A DNA stretch of 64,000 nucleotides, taken from contig CM075993.1 in assembly GCA_038087875.1 (NCBI GenBank), positions 3,102,001 through 3,166,000 on the forward strand. The letters are read 5' to 3'. Each line of letters begins with the position of its first letter. Within the stretch, counting starts at the first letter, position 1. Below are positions 40,083-51,180 of this stretch, in pieces. Position numbers and translations under genes: made by a program. The DNA comes from Malacoraja senta (taxonomy: Eukaryota). Under the pieces are notes generated by a model. It was not told the DNA's origin. It saw nothing but the letters and a program-made list of their open reading frames with translations, and made no database searches.

Positions 40083-40973
40083 ATTTGTGGGAGCTTATTA
40101 GGATGACAGATATCCGTGATGGAAAATTGTTTTATTTTAAACTCACATCCAGTCCCTGCGTCAAGCTTTATGGAACACACAGTTGAATGCACCAAAGGTC
40201 AACAGTGTGCAGGAAGGAACTGCAGATGCTGGTTTAAATCGAAGGCAGACACAAAATGCTGGAGTAACTCAGCGGGGCAGGCAGCATCTCTGGAGAGAAG
40301 GAATGGGTGACGTTTTAGGTCGAGACCCTTCTTCAGACTGATGTCACGCCAGCATTTTGTGTCTGTCTTCGCTAGATGTCGGTCAGTCTAGAAGAAGGGT
40401 CTCGACCTGAAACGTCACCTATCCACGTTCTCCAGGGATGCTGCCTGACCCGCCGAGTTACTCCAGCATTTTGTACCTTGCAAATATAAGGCATCTCTAA
40501 CACCCCTGCTGTTTGGTTAGAGATTCCCAACATAAATGTTGACTTTTTTGAGCAAATAAATTTGTTCTATTTCTGCTGTGACCATCATTTTCACACATTT
40601 CCTTTTTTATCCTAAAGAAGGGTCTCGACCCAAACGTCACCCATTCCTTCTCTCCAGAGATGCTGCCTGCCCCGCTGAGTTACTCCAGCTTTTTGTGTCT
40701 ATCTTCGGTTTAAACCAGCATCTGTAGTTTCCTTCCAACACATAATGAATTCCACCGCGCTGCTTGATAAATATTGCCCATAAATCTCACTTAGTCTTTG
40801 ACAGTGTGTGTGGACTCTACTAAGCTGCACCTTTCATCAACTTCCAAATCTCACATAGTTCCTCTTTCTTAGCGGTAGGTTTATACCTGGTTAGATTTTA
40901 GTTTCTTTTAGAGACACAGCGCGGAAACAGGCCCTTCGGCCCACCGCCGACCAGCGATCCCCGCACACTAGCA

Positions 40974-43096
40974 CCTGAGTGCAGCCTTCGATACCGTCAA
41001 CCACAACATCCTGCTCACCAGACTTAGGGACCTTGGCATTGAAGGTTCTGCACTCAGCTGGTTCCGTTCTTACCTTTCCAACCGATCCCACTTCATCTCT
41101 CTCCATAACCACACCTCTGCCACAGCCACTGTCACTCAAGGCGTTCCCCAAGGCTCCGTTCTTGGTCCCCTCCTCTTCATCATCTACATCCTCCCCTTGG
41201 TCATATACTCCATCACTTCAACCTGGACTTCCACTGCTATGCTGATGACACCCAGATCTATCTCAGCAACAAGTCCCCCCACCCCCCTCTCTCCCAATAT
41301 CAACTCCTGCCTATCAGCCATCAAATCTTGGATGCAACTCAACTACCTTAAATTAAACAGTAGCAAAACAGAATTTCTCCTCATTGGCTCCAAATCAACA
41401 CTCACTAAAATTAACAACCCCCACTCTCACTATCGACGGCACCACTGTCTCCCATCTCCTCAGACACGCAACCTTGGCGTGATCTTTGACTCAACCCTCT
41501 CCCTTGAGCCTCACATCCGCCATGTTGTCAAAACATCATTTTTTCACCTCCGCAACATTGCAAAAATCAGACCCTCTCTCACACCCCCGCTGCTGAAAGA
41601 CTCATCCATGCCTTCATCTCCTCCCGACTGGACTACTGTAACTCTCTTCTTTTCGGAATCAATTCCAGCAGCATCAACCGACTCCAACTGGTCCAGAATG
41701 CAGCCGCCCTCGACTCATTACCCACACCAAATCCTGGCACCACATCACCCCAGTTCTCAAAGAACTTCACTGGCTTCCCATTTCCCACCGGATCACCTAC
41801 AAAATCCTGGTCCTCACCTACAAAGCCCTCAACAACCTGGCCCCACCTTATCTCACTGACCTCCTCTCCCCTACCAACCCCTCACGGTCCCTCAGATCCA
41901 CATCAGCTGGTCTCCTCTCCACTCCGAAATCAAACCTCTGCACTTTTGGAGGCAGAGCCTTCTCCAGGGCAGCTCCCAGGCTCTGGAATTCCCTCCCACA
42001 ACCGGTCCGAAATTCTGAGTCCCTCACCATCTTCCAGTCCCACCTTAAGACGCGGCGCGACTTTTCGTTGCAGCGGCCTCTGCTCGTCTGTCTTTTTATT
42101 ATTTTTGTCTCGTTTTAATGTAGTTTTATTATTATTTTTGTCGGGTATGTGTGTGGGGGGTGGGGGTGGGGGTGGGGGTGGGGGGGAAACTTTAAAATCT
42201 TTCCGCTGCACGGGAGACCAACCTTTTCTTTGTCGGGTCTCCATTGTCATTGGGGGCTGGGCAACGTGGAGCGGCCTCCAGCAGGAACGACCTGGGGCTC
42301 CAGTTGTGGAGCTGCGGACTACTCACCGTCGCGGGGCTGGCCGAGTCCGGAGCGGGTGGAGCTGTGGTGGAGACAATCGCTGCTGCGACCCGACCCCCGG
42401 AGATTCGGAGGCTACAACCGCGGGTCTGGCGGACGGGCAACACTGGAAGCCCCGGGTCCCCTGGTGGGAGACCGCTTTTCGGGGCTTCCGCAGCGGCGAC
42501 TTCTCCCGCCTGCTGCGGGGTTGAAGAGCACCTGGAGCGGGCTTTACATCGTCGCACGCGCGGCTTGGAATGGCCGCCGGACTTTGCGGCGAGCGCCGGG
42601 GCTCTAACACCAAGACCCGGTGCGCAACCCTTGCATCCACCCGGCGTGGCTTTAATGGCCACGGGATAATCACCATCGCCCGCCTGGGGCTTTGACTTTG
42701 ACTTTGACATGGGGGGGGGGAATGCAGCGGAGAGATACGTTATTTTTGCCTTCCATCACAGCGTTGTGATGGATGTATGTGTAAATTGTGTTGTGTCTCG
42801 GGTCTTTCTTTGTTTTGTATTGTATGGGCTGCAGAAACGACATTTCGTTTGGACCTCAAGGGGTCCAATGACAAATTGTCCCTCAAAAGACAAATAAATT
42901 AAATTGGAATTGGAATTGAAATTGAATTGGAATTGGAAGACCCATCTCTTCACCTCTGCATACCCTTAGTCCCATGTTCCCCTCCACTCTGTCTTACTGC
43001 TCTATTTTGCTTTGTTTATTCCTGACTCTCAATTGTAAAGCGACTTTGAGTCCTGAAAAGCGCTATATAAATAAAATCTATTCTTATTATTATTAT
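40974..43096 (+). mobile_element. L2-clade LINE, RT domain to 3' tail, frameshifted, interrupted at 42052-42936
   Basis: [62 protein letters not shown] motifs; tail TGTAAAGCGACTTTGAG...AATAAA...(TTA)n. Confidence 0.92.
42052..42936 (+). mobile_element. Non-autonomous GC-rich retroposon with TGACAAAT...(AATTG)n tail, inserted in L2
   Basis: AAGAC duplicated at both junctions; shares GCCTTCCATCACAG with a minus fragment at ~60550-60790. Confidence 0.7.
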
Positions 43097-43313
43097 CCTA
43101 CACACACTGGGGACAATTTACAATTATACCAAGCCAATTAGCCTGCATTTCTGCACGTCTTTGGAGTGTGGGAGGAAACCGGAGCACCCAGAGAAAACCC
43201 ACGCAGGTCACGGAGAGAAGATACAAACTCCGTACAGACAGCACCCGTAGTCAGGATCGAACCCGGGTCTCTGGCGCTGTGAGGCAGCAACTCTACCGCT
43301 GCTCAACCGTGCC
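43097..43313 (-). mobile_element. HE1-type SINE head and body (its tail lies at ~40890-40970, split by the L2)
   Basis: SINE modules are collinear across the L2 insertion. Confidence 0.8.
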
Positions 43314-43510
43314 TGTAGCCTGTAGATATTTCATGGTGGGTGGTGTACATTTGGTGAGCAAATGACTTTACAATAGTAATGGTGCACGGCATGGGTTTAC
43401 TGTAGGCGCAGTGGTAGAGTTGCCGCCTCTATGTCCCACTTTGCTGCCAGGGAGAGTTGGGACCCTCATGTGATTCCAAGTGCAGGGTAAAGAATGACCA
43501 CTTTCTCTCA

Positions 43511-43564
43511 GAGGTGGAAGATTGCAACCTTCACGTGGTCCGCCATGTTTCAACGAATGCAATC
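43511..43564 (+). ncRNA. Minimal HDV-like self-cleaving ribozyme motif
   Basis: P1 GAGGTGG/CCGCCAT, P2 GATTGCA/TGCAATC, P3 ACC/GGT, L3 TTCACGT, J4/2 CGAA, in HDV order. Confidence 0.8.
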
Positions 43565-43583
43565 AACCCTGCGTGCACAATCA

Positions 43584-44174
43584 CAGAAACATAGAAACAT
43601 AGAAAATAGGTGCAGGAGGAGGCCATTCGCCCCTTTGAGCCAGCACCGCCATTCATTGTGATCATGGCTGATCGTCCTCAATCAATAACCCGTGCCTGCC
43701 TTCTCCCCATATCCCTTGACTCCACTAGCCCCTGGAGCTCTATCTAACTCTCTCTAAAACCCATCCAGTGAATTGGCCTCCACTGCCCTCTGTGGCAGGG
43801 AATTCCACAAATTCACAACTCTCTGGAACACCTAGACTGAGGAACAGCATCCCCTTTCCCATCAGAACTGTCCCCTCCATCGACTCTTTTAAGTCAAGAC
43901 TAAAGACTTATCTATACTCCCAAGCCTTTCCTGACGTCCTCTGAGTGAGGGCTACATGTATATATGTATGTAGTTTGTTTTGTTGTGCTATTCTTATAAC
44001 AAATGTAAAGCACTTTGGCCAACGAGAGTTGTTTTTTAAATGTGCTATATAAATAAATGTGACTTGACGACTTGAGTCTCTGGGTGAAAGAGTTTTTTCT
44101 CACCTCAGTCTTTTAATGGCCTCCCCTTTATTCTAAGACTGTGGCCCCTGGTTCTGGACTCGCCCAACATTGGG
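43584..44174 (-). mobile_element. CR1 3' fragment containing a plus-strand L2 3' end (43827-44076)
   Basis: AATCA duplicated around the CR1; TCTCTGG duplicated around the L2 (FKSRLKTYL..., TGTAAAGCACTTTGG tail). Confidence 0.88.
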
Positions 44175-44754
44175 AATCAAACAAGATCAAATAGAACAAG
44201 TTGTCCGACAACTTTAGGCTGTGCACGCCATTCGCACGACGCAAAACGAAGACTTTCTCTCAACGACTCACCTAATGAGCCCAGCAGACAAACACACCAG
44301 AAGGGCAGAGCAAATCAGCCCACAACCATTCCTCCTCACTAATTATATCTCGTTGCTAAGTGCAGAAGTGTTTAATTATTATGCCGGCATGATTCTAACA
44401 TCTGTCTTTGCCATTAAAAGGGGCAAATTCCAGCCATTAGCTGGTCCCACGATCAATAAGCAAGGTTGCATTCTCCCCAGCTCCTCGCCAAAGACAAGGG
44501 ACCTCTTTTTATTGTTTACAGATATTTTAACAAATTCTCACAGGCGAGGAATTGAAATGGCGGCATGGTGGTACAGCTGGTAGTGCTGCTGTCTCACAGC
44601 TCCAGAGAAACTGGTTCATAACATCTAAGTCATAGGAGCAGAATTAGGCCATTTGGCCCATCGATTCTACTCCTTGATTGTGCTGCTGGCCTTGTAGATA
44701 TTTGAGGCGGGTTGTTGGTTAGATGGCTCTCAACTCTTTGCTCTTGAAAGAGGT

Positions 44755-45023
44755 GCAGCACGGAGACCCGGATTCAATCCTGACCACGGGTGCTTGTCTG
44801 TACGGAGTTTGTACGTTCTCCCTGTGGCCTGCGTGGGTTTTTCTCCGATACCTTCGGTTTCCTCCCACACTCCCAAGGCGTACATGTTTGTAGGTTAATT
44901 GGCTTGGTGTAAATGTAAAATTGTCCCTAGTGTGTGTAGGGTAGTGTTAGTCTGCGGGGATCGCTGGTTGGCGCGGACTCGGTGGGCCGAAGGGCCTGTT
45001 TCCGCGCGGCATCCCTAAACTAA
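44755..45023 (+). mobile_element. HE1-type SINE
   Basis: B-box, central domain and tail. Confidence 0.85.
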
Positions 45024-45517
45024 GCCAATGGTGATATAACGCACCAAGCATTATGTTTGTGGTGCTTTAGGTTTGTTTGAAGCACCTCTCTTCACCTCTC
45101 AGTCAGTCAGTCAGTCAGTCACACTGGTTCTGTCGTTCAGCCACTGAGGGCACAGAGAACACTTTAGCCAATTCTCCATTAATTGATAAGAATGATATTG
45201 ACTCTGGCGGTTTGACAATTCTCACTGGGTTTTATTCTCATAGTGCGGAGATCCTCTCTGCGAAAAGAGATAGTCTATAATGAAAATCTATGATACTGTA
45301 CGTCTATTCTCCATCTCTTAAAATAATGGGGCTGTTTAAACTATCAGAGAATATGACACGCATGAGTAGCAATGATATTATGAGCCAAATTATCTCCATT
45401 ACTCCGGAAAGATATGGAAAAGAAGGACAAGTGGATATAAGTGAAAATAATGTCACAGTAGACATAGAACAAATGCATTTGCTCAAAAAAGTAACCATTT
45501 ATGTTGGGAATATCTGA

Positions 45518-45815
45518 AGCCGCTGTCCCACAATGCGAGTTCACCCAAGAGCTCTCCCGAGATAAAAAAAAAAAATCAAACTCGTTGTACATCATCACGA
45601 GTATTTTTTTACTCTTGGAAATATTTCACACTGTTGAAAAAACTTCACGAGTTTCCGCGTTTCCCGAGTACCTGCCGTTAGTGTTACGAGCCGCTACGAG
45701 ACATCCACAAACTCCGACGTACCCGCCACGTACATTCTGCGTACTTATTACGAGTTTGATTTTTTTTTAAACTAGGGAGAGCTCTTGGGTGAACTCGCAT
45801 CGTGGGACAGGGCCT
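45518..45815. mobile_element. Harbinger-like MITE, complete
   Basis: TIRs CTGTCCCAC.ATGCGAGTTCACCCAAGAGCTCTCCC; TGA/TAA flanks. Confidence 0.82.
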
Positions 45816-46516
45816 TAACCAGCCAGCAGGTTATAAGGGTGTTAGAGGTGCAGTATATTTGCAAGGAAAGGCATAAAATGCTGGAGTACCTCGGCGGGTC
45901 AGGCAGCATCACCGGAGCACGTGGACAGGTGACGTTTCAGGTCCAGACCCTACTTCCAGACTGACTGACGTCTAGCGAAGACAGACAAAAAATGCTGGAG
46001 TAACACCAGTCTGAAGAAGGGTCTCGACCCGAAACGTCACCCATTCCTTCTCTCCAGAGATGCTGCCTGTCCCGCTGAGTGACTCCAGCACTTTGTGTCT
46101 ATCTTCGGTGTAAACCAGCATCTGCAGTTCCTTCCTAGACAGACGCTCTCCTCGCCTTCTTTCTGCCCCTCCCCTGCAATCCGTCTGAAAAAGGGTCCCG
46201 ACCTGAAACGACACCCATCCATGTTCTCCAGGGATGCTGCCTGACCCGCTGAGTTACTCCAGCATTTTGTGCCTTTTCTTAGGTAAACCAGCGTCTGCAG
46301 TTCCTTGCTTCCGCAGTATTTTTTCCGCAAGTCTAAGTGACTGGGAGTTATACAGAGGCGGGCCATAAAAAAAAATACTGCTGCCTCTGGAAATTTGAGA
46401 TAAAAACAGAGAATCCTGCAAATACTCAACAAGTTAGGCAGCGCTCATTGAAAGAGAGATAGAATCAATGTTTCAGATTGATGAGATTTCTTCTGAAAAT
46501 ATGATGGAACAGCTGA

Positions 46517-46952
46517 TCATAAGGTCATAAGTGACAGGAGCAGAATTAGGCCATTCGGCCCATCAAGTCTACTCCGCCATTCAATCATGGCTGATCTATC
46601 TCTATCTCCTAACCCCATTCTCCTGCCTTCTCCTCATAACCTCTGACGCCCGTACTAATCAAGAATCTCTGCCTTAAATATATCCACTAATTTTGCCTCC
46701 ACAGCCTTCTGTGGCAAAGAATTCCACAGATTCACAACCCTCTGACTAAAGAAATTCCTCCTCATCTCCTTCCTAAATGAACATCCTTTAATTGTGAGGC
46801 TGTGACCTCTAGTCCTAGACTCTCCCAATGGTGGAAACATCCTGTCCACATCCAATCTATCCAAGTACTTTCACTATTCTGTACGTTTCAATGAAGTCCT
46901 CCCTCATTCTTCTAAACACCAGCGAGTACAGGCCCAGTGCCGACAAACGCTC
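46517..46952 (-). mobile_element. CR1 LINE 3' fragment
   Basis: RLSALGLYSL...DRMFPPLGESRTRGHSL...RVVNLWNSLP. Confidence 0.9.
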
Positions 46953-47358
46953 GACAAATGCTGATGTTTGGGCCTCAACCTGATATCTATCTCCTTTGCC
47001 TGATCTGATGTATGATAGCAGCCGACCGTCAGCTCTGAGACGGTTTACTTTATTGTTTATTGTCACGTGTACCGAGGTACAGTGAAAAAAAATTGTTTTC
47101 CGCGTGGAGAAACAGTACATGATTACAATCAAGTCGACCACATTGTACAGATATGGGATAAAGGGCATAAGGTTTAGTGCAAGATAAAGTCCAGTAAAGT
47201 CCTATTAAAGTTAATCTAAGGATCTCATATGAGGTAGATGGTAGGTCAGGACTGTTCTCTAGTTGTTGGTGGGTTGGTTCAGTTGCCTGATAAGAGCTGG
47301 GAAGAAACTGTCCCTGAATATGGAGGTGTGTGTTTTCACACTTCTGCATCTCAAGTAA

Positions 47359-47562
47359 AGGGCCTGTCCCACTTGGGCGTCATTTGCGCGTCATTTAAGC
47401 GACATCATTTCCGCGTCACGACGCACGAATGGCGCGTGATGAGGCGTGGTGGCGTAAGCAGTGACGCGCGGTAGCGCGCGGCACCCCAGGACTTTGGGAT
47501 TTTCAAAATCCTCGCGCGCCACCTGCATGACGCGCAATTGGCCCCCAAGAGGAACAGGCCCT
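47359..47562. mobile_element. Harbinger-like MITE (CG-rich interior)
   Basis: TAA + AGGGCCTGTCCCACTTGGG; eroded right TIR CCCAAGAGGAACAGGCCCT. Confidence 0.72.
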
Positions 47563-49680
47563 GAACTGCAGATACTGGTCTAAACTGAAGATAGACACAA
47601 AATGCTGGAGTAACTCTGCAGGACGGGCAGCATCTCTGGAGAGAAGAAATGGGTGACGTTTTGGGTCGAGACCTGGAATAATCAAAAGCTGCAGGATAGA
47701 AATGTCTGGAGAATCCAGATGTTTAAATGTGGAGGATATTGAATGAATGAATAAGTTTATTGGCGAATTATTCACATACAAGGAATTTGCCTTGGTGCTC
47801 CACCCACAAGTGACAACATGATATACAGTGACAGTTAGGAGTGATACATAAAACATTATCGATTATAGATTTCACAAACTCTCAGAACAAGATCATCCAA
47901 CTTTTGTGTTGATAGGAATCCATTTGTTTAGATCAGTGATAATTCTCCCAATGATATTGGTATCAGAAGAACACTGAATAAGGGTCTCGACCCGAAACGT
48001 CACCCATTCCTTCTCTCCAGAGATGCTGCCTGTCCCGCTGAGTTACTCCAGCATTTGGTGTCCATCTTGTTTGGTGGTAGATAGGGATGTGTGAAGAAGC
48101 CATACCTCCAGATTGAGGGAGAGCTTGATGGGAGAGGGGAGAAGATGGAGTGGCCGGGATGAGACCCGACCCTGGTCCACGGTGAAACGTTGGCATCCAG
48201 GTTCCCAATAGCAGTGGCGACCAGCGACACCCTGGGGTCGTATCACCAGCCTACAACCTTGGATCAATGGAACATCAGCCACAATGTCATCATTTATGAA
48301 AGAAATCTGCAGATTCACATGAGCAGCGAGACTGGTGTCAGAGAAAATCAGCTTTGGTAAATCATTAGTGATTTTCACCCATGCTAGCGAACACTTAACA
48401 CTGCCCAGAAACATATGTTGCAGCCGGCACTCACAATGATGGGCTTAAAAGCATTAAAGAAACAACAGGCTGAGGTTATTGATTTTTATCAGTGTTTATT
48501 GAACAATACTTTCAGCCTTTCAAGCTTATTAATAATCTGTTCTCAATCCCAGAATGGCAAAATGGAAAAGCAATCTTCCATCTGAGTTCTGTCCAACAGG
48601 ATGGGTGGCCAGTAAGTTTTAATTAAGAAGGACAGGGCTAGGAGGAGCAGTCAACGGATCTCAAGTGTAAACAGCGTATTGACAATCAATGGGCAGAAGC
48701 CAATTCATTTACTCCCATTTGAAAGGGACGCTCATCAATAGTTTGTGAAAATGTTGGGGCCAATTAATTCTAACTGACAGCTGTTCAATCGACTGACTGA
48801 CAAAAATCGAGTGGGTTAAATGATTTAAAAAACACGTTTGGATGAGATAGTTTGCACGTTGCACGTTTATGACCGCTACTGTGGTCATAAGCGGGCCCTT
48901 CGGCCCATTGATGCTGTACTAGCCCACCCGCCATCCATTATAGACAATAGGTGCAGGAGTAGGCCATTTGGGCCTTCGAGCCAGCACCGCCATTCAATGT
49001 GATCATGGCTGATCATCCCCAATCAGTACCCCGTTCCTGCCTTCTCCCCATATCCCCTGATTCCGCTATCTTTAACAGCCCTATCAAGCTCTCTCTTGAA
49101 AGCATCCAGAGAACCTGCCTCCACCGCACCATTCCCCATTAACTGTCGAAGATAGACACAAAAAGCCGGAGTAACTCAGCGGGACAGGCAGCATCTCTGG
49201 AGAGAAGGAATGGGCGACGTTTCGGGCCGAGGCCCTTCTTCAGGCTCCTGGATAAAGAACAGAGAACATGGAACAATACAGCACAGGAACGGGCCAGGCA
49301 CACAACAGGCAAAAGGTATAGAAGTGTGAAAAACACACATTGAGGGACAGTTTCTTCCCAGAGCTGTAATCAGGCAACTGAATCATCCTACCACAACCAG
49401 GAGCAGTGCTGAACTACTATCTACCTCATTGGTGACCCTCGGACTATCTTTCATCAAACTTTGCCGGCTTTACCTTGCTCTAAGCATTATTCCCTTATCA
49501 TGTATCTGTCCACTGTAAATGGCCCGATTAATCATGTGTTGTCTTTCTGCTGACTGGATAGCACGCAACAAAAGCTTTTCACTGTACCTCGGTACACGTG
49601 GGAATACACGACTAAGCTGAACTAAAGATCCATTTATACCACCCCATTTGCCACCGACGACTCGTAGACTCCTAGAACAT

Positions 49681-49912
49681 AGGTAGACAAAAGTGCTGGA
49701 GAAACTCAGCGGGTGCAGCAGCATCTATGGAGCGAAGGAAATAGGCAACGTTTCGGGACGAAACGTTGCCTATTTCCTTTGATCCATAGAAGAAGGGTTT
49801 CGGGATGAAACGTTGCCTATTTCCTTCGCTCCATAGATGCTGCTGCACCCGCTGAGTTTCTCCAGCACTTTTGTCTACCTTCGATTTTCCAGCATCTGCA
49901 GTTCCTTCTTAA
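49681..49912. mobile_element. Head-to-head Penelope-derived insertion with one TSD around both arms
   Basis: ACTCCTAGAACA at 49668-49679 and 49913-49924. Confidence 0.88.
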
Positions 49913-50271
49913 ACTCCTAGAACAGTACAGCACAGGAACAGGCCATTCGGCCCACAACTTTTGTGCTGAACATGACGACAAGTCTCACCTGCCTGGACGT
50001 GATCCATATCCCTCGATTCCCTGCACTTCCACGTGCCGATCTAAACACTTCTTAAACGCCACTACCGTATCTGCCTCCTCCACCACCACCCCTGGCAATG
50101 CGCGGTCCAGGCCCCCAACCACTCTCTGTGTAAAAAATATTTTCCTAACTCCTCCTTTATTTAAGCTTTTCTCCTCTCAACTTCTAGCGATGCCATTTAG
50201 TGTTGGACGGTTCCACCCTTCTTCTACCGAGAAGTAGTGGCTCAGTGTCTCAGCATCTTCTACTGAGGAAG

Positions 50272-50484
50272 AAGGCAAGGCAAGGCAAGGCAAGGCAAGG
50301 CAAGGCATGGCAAGGCAAGGCAAGGCAAGGCAAGGCAAGGCAAGGCAAGGCATGGCAAGGCAAGGCAAGGCAAGGCAAGGCAAGGCAAGGCAAGGCAAGG
50401 CAAGGCAGGCAAGGCAAGGCAAGGCATGGCAAGCAAGGCAAGGCAAGGCAAGGCAAGGCAAGGCAAGGCAAGGCAAGGCAAGGC
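50272..50484. repeat. (AAGGC)n pentanucleotide repeat, the expanded tail of the adjacent L2
   Basis: Abuts the L2 3' end (…TGCTATACAAATA GCCTT… on minus). Confidence 0.95.
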
Positions 50485-51180
50485 TATTTGTATAGCACCT
50501 TTCAACCACAAGGTAATTCAGTGCTTTACATAAAACATTTAAAGCAATTGAAAAGAAACACATATAAATGACATTTAGATATAAAATGATTATTAGATTA
50601 TTCAGATAAAATAATTACAAAATTAAAAGCAATCAAATAAAATATTTAAAATAGAATAAAACCAGGAATAGAAGTTACAGTGCAGTATAGGTAATTAATA
50701 AATTGTATTGTTTACTGAAAGGCAGCAGCAAACAGAAAAGTCTTCAGTCTAGATTTAAAAGAGCTGAGAGTTGCAGCAGCCCTGCAGTTTCTGGAGTTTG
50801 TTCCAGATATGTGGTGCATAAAAACTAAATGTTGCCTCTCCACGTTTAGTTCTGACTCTGGGGACACAGAGCAGACCTGTCCCAGACGATCTGAGAGGTC
50901 TGGGTGGTTCGTAGCTAAGCAGAAGATCAGAAATATATTTTGGCCTAAACCATTCAGTGCTTTGTAAACCAACAGTAGTATTTTGAAATCAATTCTTTGA
51001 CAGACAGGAAGCCAGTGTAAAGACCTCAGAACTGGAATAATGTGATCTACTTTTTTGGTCTTAGTGAGGACTCGAGCAGCAGCGTTCTGAATTAACTGCC
51101 AGCTGTCTGATCGACGTTTTAGGGAGACCTGTAAAGACACTGTTACAGTAGTCGAGCCTGCTGAATATAAATGCATGGAC
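50485..51180 (-). mobile_element. L2 LINE 3' fragment
   Basis: [22 protein letters not shown]...LHWLPVCQRIDFKILLLVYKAL; FKSRLKTFLF. Confidence 0.92.

Larger units (their letters stand above)
43511..44251 (+). mobile_element. ~145-bp SINE-like retroposon (43511-43583 + 44180-44251) with ribozyme head and Vingi-like tail
   Basis: 11-bp TSD ACTTTCTCTCA (43500-43510, 44252-44262); 3' end CATTCGCA...GAAG resembles the Vingi-like end at 9618-9636. Confidence 0.8.

Noticed and set aside
39728..40195. ORFs spanning the N run
   Set aside because: Artefacts of the assembly gap.
45290..45517. 75-aa ORF in unique AT-rich DNA
   Set aside because: No recognisable motif, weak splice signals, and a length expected by chance.
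50177..50571. LALPC / KARQG repeat ORFs
   Set aside because: They are translations of the (AAGGC)n repeat.
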